Of a stretch of 64,000 nucleotides of DNA, positions 55,222 through 64,000 are shown piece by piece. The notes below the pieces were generated by a model. It ran no database searches and had not been told where the DNA came from. It was given only the letters and a program-made list of their open reading frames with translations. The DNA is from the human T2T-CHM13v2.0 reference genome, Homo sapiens. The stretch lies in the NCBI RefSeq assembly GCF_009914755.1, contig NC_060926.1, one strand, 5' to 3'. The translations under genes were made by a program, and so were the position numbers. Each line of letters opens with the position of its first letter. Position 1 is the first letter of the stretch.

Positions 55222-56417
55222 CAGTCATGCACCTCATAACAATGTTTGGGTCAAGAATGCACTGCTTATATGATGGTGGTCCCATACGAGTATAGTGGAG
55301 CTGAAAAATTCCTATCACCTAGTGACATCTTAGCTGTGGTGATGTCGTGGCACAACACATTACTTACCTGTGGTAATGCTTGTGTAAACACACTTACTGT
55401 GTTACCAGTCTTAGAAGAGTATAGCACGTACAATTATGTACAGTACATACTACTTGAGAATGATATTAAACACCTATGTTACTGATTTATGTATTTACTG
55501 TTAATGCAATTTATCATTATCTTAGAGAGAACTCCTACTTATTTTTTTTTTTAAAGTGAACTGTAAACAGCCTCAGGCAGGTCCTTCAGGAGGTATTCCA
55601 GAAGAAAGCATTGTTATCATAGGAGATGTCAGCTCCATGCGTGTTATTGCCCCTGAAGACCTTCCAGTGGGACAAGATGTGGTGGTGGAAGACAGTGATA
55701 TTGATGATCGTAATCCCGTATAGGCCCAGCCTAATGTGTGTGCTTATGTCTTAGTTTTTAACAAAAAATTTTAAAACATGTTTTCATTTAATAGAAAAAA
55801 AGCTTACAGAATAAGGATTTGAAGAAAATAAGTTTGTACCATGTGTTTGTGTTTTAAGCTAAGTGTTATTACAAAGGAATCAAAAAGTTAAAACATATAA
55901 AAGTTTGTAAAATAAAAAAATTACAGTAAACTAAGGTTAATTTATCATTGAAGAAAGAAAAAATGTTAAAGTAAATTTAGGGTAGCCTAAATGTAGTATT
56001 TATAAAACCTACAGTAGTCTACAGTAACGTCCTCAGCCTTCACTTCTACTTCCCACTCACTCACTTGCCACTCACTCACTCACCCAGAGCAACTTACAGT
56101 CCTGCAAGCTCCATTCATGGTACGTGCCCTATATAGGTGTATCTTTTTTCTTTTATACCGTATTTTTATGGTACCTTTTCTATGTTTAGATACACACATA
56201 CTTACTATTGTGTTACAGTTGCCTGTAGTATTTAGTGCAGTAACATACTGCAGAGGTTTGTAGCCTAGGAACAAAAGGCTATACCATATAACTTAGGTGT
56301 GTAGTAGGCTATACATCTAGGCTTGTGTAAATATACTCTGTGATGTTCACACAGTGACAAAATCACCTAAGATGGCTCTCTCAGAACATATCTCCATTGT
56401 TCAGTGATACATGACTA
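55222..56417. mobile_element. Tigger3 (Golem) non-autonomous DNA transposon, about 1.2 kb
   Basis: TA|cagtcatgca...atacatgacta|TA termini; internal cctcaggcaggtccttcaggaggtattccagaagaa. Confidence 0.9.
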
Positions 56418-56949
56418 TATGTTTGTTGCCAAGTGTTGCAGGAAATATATTTTAATGTTTCAGAAAGCCTAACCAGGTTTCCGATTCCAGTTCCCTCCTC
56501 ATTCATGACCTTTTCTTATGAATGGGAAATTGGCTAAGGAAACAAAAAACAAAAAATGGAGATCAATAGGTATATCTCTGAGTGGACAAATAGCCTCTTC
56601 CAGGAAGTAGTTTGGGGATGGTCTAATTTAACACTTTTGTAAATGCTTATGGGTGATATGCAGTTCTTACGGTAAGTAAAAACCAAGCTGCTAAAGTTGA
56701 ACTATAGAAATAACTTAAAAGATCATCTAAATAGGAAGAAAAATAATAGAAGATTAAAGTCAAAATGGAAGATTGAAGATAAGTGTACTTGGAAAAAGCA
56801 ATCCCAAGAACATTTATAGGAGATAGTTTTAAATTCTGTTCCCATCAGCAGATAGCATAGCTGGCTAGTAGTCTCTCAGCTCTCTAAAACACATGTGTCC
56901 ACCAAGTTAAAGTCAATGTTAGAAAAAGTGTAGGTTATAAAACTCTGTA

Positions 56950-57170
56950 TTAATGTGATGCTATTTTAAAAATATATATGGCTGAATAAGTTTATATAAA
57001 TAAACCCTCTCTATTTGTTCATCTGTGTGGAAAGAAATACATCAAAATATTAACAGTGACTCTCTCTAAGTAATATGGGATTGGAAGTGATTTTTATTAT
57101 CTTCTTTTACCTGTGTTCTCCAAATTTTCTAGATTAAACACATATTCTTATAAGACAAAACATTATGAAA
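56950..57170 (+). mobile_element. Old L1 (L1MC/ME-like) 3' end
   Basis: ggaaagaaatacatcaaaatattaacagtgactctctct...gtgatttttatt. Confidence 0.55.
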
Positions 57171-57333
57171 ATAAGATTTAGTATTATAACCTCAGGTTTC
57201 ATGTAGTGTTAATAGAAAGAAAGCTCATTTGATTATTATTTCTATGTCTTCTGAAAATCTGTAGTTGAAAATTTTTTTGCCTTTTTCTCCCCTCTGAATT
57301 CCCCATGTAAAAAGGGCAGCATGTTGAAATAAC

Positions 57334-57334
<1 letters not shown>

Positions 57335-57374
<40 letters not shown>
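57335..57374. repeat. (TG)20 microsatellite
   Basis: Perfect TG dinucleotide run. Confidence 0.97.
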
Positions 57375-57378
<4 letters not shown>

Positions 57379-57519
57379 GTGTTAGGAAAAAATGTGGTTG
57401 ATGTGCTTTTTAAAATAGAACTAGGAAATGTAAAAAGATTTCGTTTTTACATTCAATGGATTTTACATTCAAATCCATAACTCAGGATTTGAAGAACAAA
57501 GTTATAGAAGCATTGCTGA

Positions 57520-57655
57520 TTTCTTTCTAGACTGTAAGCGCTATGAGGACAGGCACCGAATCTGTTTCTTTCCTTTCTGACTGTGTAGTGCTTGCCTTGG
57601 TGTCTAGCACAGAAGACTCTCCCAGTAAATACGTTGGAATGTTTTGAATTGAATG
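57520..57655 (+). mobile_element. L2 3' end
   Basis: ctagactgtaagcgctatgaggacaggcacc...tgtctagcacagaagactctcccagtaaatacgttggaatg. Confidence 0.7.
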
Positions 57656-58054
57656 ATAGGATTAAAAACTCTGATAAGCATGTAGAAATTTGAAATAAGA
57701 GTTTCTAGGGCCCATTGTATCCTCTGAGGTCATATGATTCACTCACGTTTTAGTTTGTTTCTCTGTAAGTTATCCTGGCAGTCTTTGTATTATATGACCC
57801 CTGGGCCACAAAAGTGGTTTGTGCTGGTCATCTGGGATCCTCTGGCTTATTCTCAAGTTTTGATCCAGCTCCTGCCACTTGCATCCATCTCTCATTTCAG
57901 TTTGTTTTGTGCTTTGGGGCTGGTGTTTTGTTTCTTTCCTTGGCTCTGGATTTTGTCTCTCTTTCAGCCTTTGGCTTGGGTTCATCATCTTTTTCTCCCA
58001 CTGTGGACACCAGTGTATATAATCCCAGTTAGCTCTGGCCCCCTTTAAAAAAAA

Positions 58055-58740
58055 AACTTATATTTTAGGTTCAGGGGTACATACACAGGTTTGTTAGATA
58101 GGTAAATTGCATGTCACAGGGATTTGGTGTACAGATTATTTCCTCACCCAGGAAATAAGCATAGTTCTCAATAGGTAATTTTTCATTCCTCACTCTCTTC
58201 CCACCCTTTACCCTCAAGTAGACCCCAGTGTTTGTTGTTCTCTTCTTTGTGTCCACGTGTTCTCAATGTTTAGCTCTCACTTATAAGAGCATGTGGTATT
58301 AGGTTTTCTGTTCTTGGATTAGTTCACTTAGGATAATGGCCTCCAGCTTCATCCATGTTGCTGCAAAGTACGTGATCTCATTTTTATGGCTGCATAGTAT
58401 TCCGTGGTGTATATGTACCACATTTTTTTAATCCAGTTTACTGTTGATGAGCATTTAGGTTGATTCCATGTATTTGCATTTAGGTTGATTCCATGTATTT
58501 GCTATTATGGATAGTGTTGCAACGAACATACACATTCATGTGTTTTTATGTAGAACAATTTGTATTCCTTTGGGTATATACCCAATAATGGGATTGCTGG
58601 GTCAAGTGGTAATTCTGTTTTAAGTTCTTTGAGAAATTGCCAAACTGCTTTCCACAGTGGCTGATCTAATTTACAATTCCACCAGCAGTGTATAAGAGTT
58701 CCCTTTTCTCTGCAACCATGTCAGCATCTTTTATTTTTTG
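58055..58740 (-). mobile_element. L1 (older L1PA/L1PB-like) 3' end
   Basis: ttttaggttcaggggtacatacacaggtttg...; contains a 25-bp tandem duplication at 58451-58500. Confidence 0.9.
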
Positions 58741-58818
58741 GCTGACCCTTCTTGATAAGCTAGAATCTTTTAAAGAGTGGTTTATACCACAAACTATTAA
58801 ATATTAACAATTGAATAT

Positions 58819-59162
58819 TACTGTGGTCTGAATAGTGGCATACCTCCAAAATTATGTGTTGGAACATAATCCCCAATGTAATAGTATCAAAAGGTGGGGC
58901 CTTTTGGACAGAGCCCTCATGAGTGGGATTAGTGCCTTTATAAAAGAGGTTGAAAGGAGCTCCCTTGTTTCTTCTGCCATGTGAGGACACAGCAACAAGG
59001 TGCCATCCATGAGGCAGAGAATGAGCCCTCACCAGACACCAGATCTGCTGGTATTGTCATCTTGGACTTCTCAGCCTTCAGGACTGTGAGCAATAAAATT
59101 CTGTTATTTATAAATTACCCCGGCTAAGGCATTTTATTATAGCCGCCTGATGGACTAAGACA
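58819..59162 (+). mobile_element. MLT1A-like MaLR solo LTR
   Basis: Ends ggactaagaca; 5-bp TSD aatat at 58814-58818 and 59163-59167. Confidence 0.88.
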
Positions 59163-60869
59163 AATATTAACACCTGATCCCCAGAAGGGATCTAGGAGTC
59201 ATTGTAGATTGTTCTCCAATATTAGCTTAATAAGGCACTGTAGTCAGATTATTCAGTAATATCCCTGGTATTGTCAGCAGGAGTCTTGGCAGAAGAACAG
59301 AAAATTTTATGTTGTTTTTACATAAAATCTGGTATATATGTTACAACATGCAACCCTTATTGTCATTTTCAAGAAAGACAGATAGGGAGGAATTGGATAA
59401 GAGCAATAACATGGTCAAGCCAGTGCCCAGGACTTTGAGTGAGGACTTAGGGGAAGTAGCTATTTTCTGACGACAGAATGTAAATAGAACTCTGGCTTGG
59501 AAGATAAAGACTCAAGGGATAGGAGCCTAGTGTATACATTATGAAGGTCACTGCCTGCTAGAGAGTCTTCTTTAACTAATCCGACTCCAAGACTAACACA
59601 GACCAACCCAAAGACTACGTATAACCAGAAGGCCATAGGGCAGGAACTCCTGCTTGCCATCAGGTGCTTCTCTTTGAGGGAGTTCTTGAAATGGTCCACG
59701 GCTCAGGTGTGAAGAGATGAGATCTATATTGGACAGGTTCTGGAGCCATCGTGGCTTAGAAGCCTCATTCCCCTAGGAGTTGATATCTCTTGTAACTCCA
59801 TAGACAAAGCTTCCAAGGTCTCATAGGGATGTGCCCAGTTTCCAGAATCATGGCCCTCAGGGAAGCCCCAAGCATGGTGTCCTATCAGGTAATTTTAGTT
59901 TTCAACCAGCCTACCAATTACAGTCATAGCTGTAACTTGTTACTATGACGTTTTTACTCTTATCAGGTTGCTACAATAAAACAGCTAGACAGATACCCAA
60001 AGTCAAATTCTCATGCACAGTTACAAGTAGAGTGAATTTGCATTATTTTTCACAAAAATTAAAAACTAGAACTAGAATACATCTGTTGATATCTGAAAAC
60101 AAGGGATTTTAGACAGAAAGCAATGAGGTCAGACTATGTAATACCCCTACCTCCTGTCCTGCATTCCCCCCTGCTCATCCTTATTCTCTGGACAAGAGGA
60201 TGCAAAGTAAAATTAAAAATAGGTTCAAAAGTGTTTAGGTGTATGCGTGAGTAATTACCACATAATGGATTGTTAGGCAAAACGAAAGTATTGGGTGTAA
60301 AATCTTCATCTTTTGCTAGAATTTTTATTGAATTCTTTTAATTCAGATTCCTGATCACCTAACCGAACGAATTCACGACAACTTTTGCAGCAGTTATTAC
60401 TTGTTCTCAGCCATAGATAAAGGAATTCGTAAACCCAGGATTGTCCTACTATTTCTGCCTTTTCTTTTGGAAATCATTATTGCTACTTGAACTACCAAAA
60501 AAAGTATATTTAAGCATTCCAGGTGATTAAATAACAATGCAGTTAGTGTGTTTTTGTAGTAGGATTTTGGGTAAACATTTTCAAAAAATATTTAATATTT
60601 TTATGACCTAAAAAAGCAGGAGAAATAAAGGTTATTTTAAGCACAATTTTTAGTGCCTTGTAGTATAACATATTAGCCCAGATGTACATGTTACTTAAAT
60701 TTCTATCAAGATATCTAGAAATACTAGTTCTTTTATGCTGTTACAGAACTTTAGATAATATAATCATTTACTTGCACTTATAATAACAGCATTTATTACC
60801 CTCTACTTTTACTTACATGGTTTTTCATCCACAGGACTCTACCTGCTTGTGAGAGATTATGTTAATTTT

Positions 60870-61100
60870 CCATTGGCAGAGAGGCAATGTAGAGGGAAGG
60901 TTGGAGGTCTGGGCTCTCCTGTAGTGTAATTCTGCCTCCACCAGTTGCTACCTGTGTGACCTTGGGCAAGTTATTTAGTTTCCTCCAGTTTTACCGGCTA
61001 CACCATTAACTAGCTGGCTGACCTTTAGCCAGTAGGTCACCCACTGGGCATCATTTGCTTCAGCTGTACAAATCAAAAGGCTTTACTAAATTCCCAGATG
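60870..61100 (+). mobile_element. MIR fragments
   Basis: ctacctgtgtgaccttgggcaagttatttagtttc; ctagctggctgacctttagcc. Confidence 0.6.
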
Positions 61101-61689
61101 AGTAGGAACCAACATATAGTTTTTGACATTTAAAATTACCCATTAATGCTGATCTAATAAAATTGCTTTGATTAACTGAAAGTGTGGCATAATATTGGTA
61201 TATAGACTAAAATAAATAAACATTCAAGAATTCTTGTCTTCTAAGAACATGAGACCTCTAATAAATAATTTAAAAGGTGTAGCACATCCCCCCAGAATAT
61301 ATTTTCTTGCTATGTAGATCTTCACTGTTCTTTGACTCGCCATGTGGAATACATTTAATTTCTTAGAAAATTTTCAATCTTGGAGAAAAAAATTCACTTT
61401 CAAGTGTTCTAAAAATATTGCCATTTAAAAATACTGACTTTAATAGAAGTAATATCCTGCGTTTATATAGTGGCTTTTCATGGAAGATCAAAGGAATGGT
61501 ATTAGAAGTACATGGTTTTTCTTTTATGTATAACTTCATAGGAGAATTTTCTTTTGTTGAGTTCTTTTAATTCAGATTCCCGATCTGAATTAAAAGAACT
61601 ACCTGAGTGAATTCACAAAAAGTTTGCAGCAGTTGTGCCTTTTTCTCAGTCAGGTGTGTCCTTGGTCAGGGGTGTCCTTCCATCCATTA

Positions 61690-61950
61690 TTCCACAATTT
61701 ACAATGCTTCTCATCCTTCAAAGCCTAGTTCAATGCAGCCTCCCCAAAGATGCTTTTTCTCCTGATTCCCTCATCAGTGTAAATTTTGCTCTTTTACGTA
61801 TACCTGTATTTTGTAGTAACATATTCTTTGTTACATTCTCTACATTCTCTTGTTACCTGTATTTTTAGTCTTATTTCTCATGGATGCCAACATGAACATA
61901 ATGTTTTGCATAGAGTAAGCCCTCAGTCAATATGCTTAATAGAATAATGC
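61690..61950 (+). mobile_element. L2 3' fragment
   Basis: ctcatccttcaaagcctagttcaatgcagcctcccc...gcatagagtaagccctcagtcaatatgctt. Confidence 0.55.
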
Positions 61951-61999
61951 CTTTCATAGAGAAAAGCTGTAAAGATCTGGGGGGAATCACAAAGGATTG

Positions 62000-62351
62000 C
62001 ATCTTAGACTCGTTGTGCTACTATAACAAAATACCTGAGACTGGGAAATTTATATCAAACAAAAATTTATTTCTCACACATCTGAGGCTGAGAAGTCCAA
62101 GATCAAGGCACCAGCTGGTGAGGGCACAGTCTCTCTGCTTCTAAGATGGCACTTTGTTGCTGTGTCCTCACACAGGGAAAGACAGAAGAGCAAGTGAGTT
62201 AAGGCCATGTGAAGAAGTCTCTTCTATAAGGCCCTAATCCCATTTGCGAGGGAGGAGCCTTCATGCATAATCACCTCTTGAAAGTTCCATCTCTTAATAC
62301 TGTCACATGACCACACCTGAATTTTGGAGGGATCACAGGGAAACCATAGCA
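62000..62351 (-). mobile_element. MaLR solo LTR (MLT1A/MST-like)
   Basis: gaggctgagaagtccaagatcaaggcaccagc...aaaccatagca; TSD gattg at 61995-61999 and 62352-62356. Confidence 0.88.
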
Positions 62352-62627
62352 GATTGGTTTAGATGGAAGGGATAGGTTTTGCATTATATGACAAACTGTT
62401 ACCTAATTTTGGTCCCTGGATGTCCAGGAAGAACAAATGAATACCACAAGCTATACACATTCTTCTTAGAGACTCTACTCTGCTGCTGTGTCCTTATAAT
62501 GAATACCTTTTAGGTATTGAGGGTATTCACAAAACAGACTCTAAGCCCTGAGTTGCCCATGACCTAGGACTTTGGAAAGTTAGGTATGATATTTTTACCC
62601 TTACCCTGGGGAAGGCACAAAACTATT

Positions 62628-62733
62628 AATGAAGGATATGCCCCCATGACCCAAATGCTAGGCCCCACCTTCAACACTTGGGATCACATTTCAACATGAG
62701 ATTTGGATGGGATACAACACCCAAACCATATCA
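62628..62733 (-). mobile_element. MST-type MaLR LTR fragment
   Basis: gcccccatgacccaaa...ggccccacc...atttcaacatgagatttgg...caaaccatatca. Confidence 0.8.
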
Positions 62734-64000
62734 GTGGGTAATTTCTATTTTTAAAATATACAAAAGTTTAAGGAAGAAAATAATCATTCCCCATTTTATC
62801 ACACAGATTTAATTATTCGTGTGTAATTTCTTTATTATTTTAATGATATTCTTTTTCTCTGTGTCACATGGTGGCTACCTAGTTATGGATACAGCATATG
62901 TTGAATGTATTTGATCCTTATCTTCCTAGAGTAAACCAGAGGCCAATATAGCAAATTTACTATGTATAAAGATGTACACTGTTCTTCTATGCTACTGAAA
63001 AACTCTTTCATCAATAGTCTCCCATGTGGCCTCCTATTTGTGGGAGGGAATAATGTGCATAGTTAGGGCTGGTATTTTTTAAACAAAGAAATAGACAAGG
63101 CCAGATCTGTTTAATCTCTAACGGCCAGTGTTCTTTCTGTTCATTCCCATAGATTAGAATCACAGCCAACTGGCTTAAAATGTTGTTTTAAGGAGCACCA
63201 GGTGAGAGGTGGCCAGATCAGCATCAGCTCCCCACAGTCCTGATAAATGACTCAGGGTTCAACTCCTCCTGTTGCCAATGTTGTTATTCTTTGGTAAGGT
63301 GAACCAGGCAAGCAAAAATCAACATGGTACAAAAAAATTTTTCTCACCAAAGCTATTTGGAGGCTCAGCTTTCTCAATGAAGGGCACTGCATTTCATAGA
63401 TAGAATAGCATTTTAAAGACATGTACTGTCTATAATGGTACTTTCTTCTCAGTTGGGAACTATTTAGGAGAGATCTGTGCTAGAGGAGACAGTTTTCAGC
63501 TAGGACATGCAAATTCAAGAAAGGTCCAGTGCCATAGCGTCTACAAGACGTCTTGTAGAGAAGCAAGCAGACTCATTTCCTATAGCTTCTGGGCAGTTCT
63601 GGCATTGCATGTGTGTTTCAGATCTCTTCCGGAGAAGCAGTGTACTGAATAAGATCGAACATGGAAAATGGAAAGGAAGAGTGGGCAGAGAAGAAGGAGC
63701 TAAAGAACTTTTAATAAAGAAAGTATCATCTACTTTATAATAGATTAAAAAAAAACTTTTCGATCCTATCTGATTCCTGTCCTATCAGAGAAATCCCTAA
63801 AATGAACAAATTTGAGGAGAATGACAAACATCCATCTGCCTTAAATTATCTTCCAAATTTCTGCCACTCCCAGCTTCAAAGCCACTCCTTTGGCAAGTCA
63901 TTGATTCAGCCTTAGAAGATCACTGTTAAAAGCCTTCCCTGAAGGGAAAATCATGCTCGTTAATGAATGAATCTAAGCTGGGTAACATACTCTTCCAGTA

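Noticed and set aside
59620-59895. Possible internal exon ending cag|gtaatt at about 59888
   Set aside because: No convincing acceptor, ORF or recognisable protein; cannot be supported from sequence alone.
50950-64000. Naming the host gene
   Set aside because: No coding exon was recognised in the window, so no symbol can be justified.

Overview
Primate (human-like) genomic DNA, mostly intergenic and repeat-rich, with no intact protein-coding exon recognised. A CpG-island promoter with a probable non-coding first exon (+ strand, donor at 51128) lies at about 50-51.7 kb, and the rest of the window looks like its first intron; I could not name the gene. The main feature is a defective HERV-K (HERVK14/HML-1-like, LTR14A-like 3' LTR) provirus at 38497-45257. 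It carries a spliced FAM8A1 mRNA copy in place of most of gag, and the capture is in frame with the Gag matrix. An L1PA later inserted into the remaining gag. The 5' LTR and the left half of the host Tigger1 are missing. Where env should be there is a collapsed second pol plus a foreign PPT/LTR start. Retroviral transduction of FAM8A1 is, from memory, already described; the junction details are read from the sequence. Smaller rearrangement footprints include a doubly truncated L1 with templated patchwork junctions, a 22-bp hairpin, a local duplication with a fold-back insertion, an Alu micro-inversion and an 18-bp Alu stub with a full TSD. Repeat subfamily names are recognised from memory, not from a database search.
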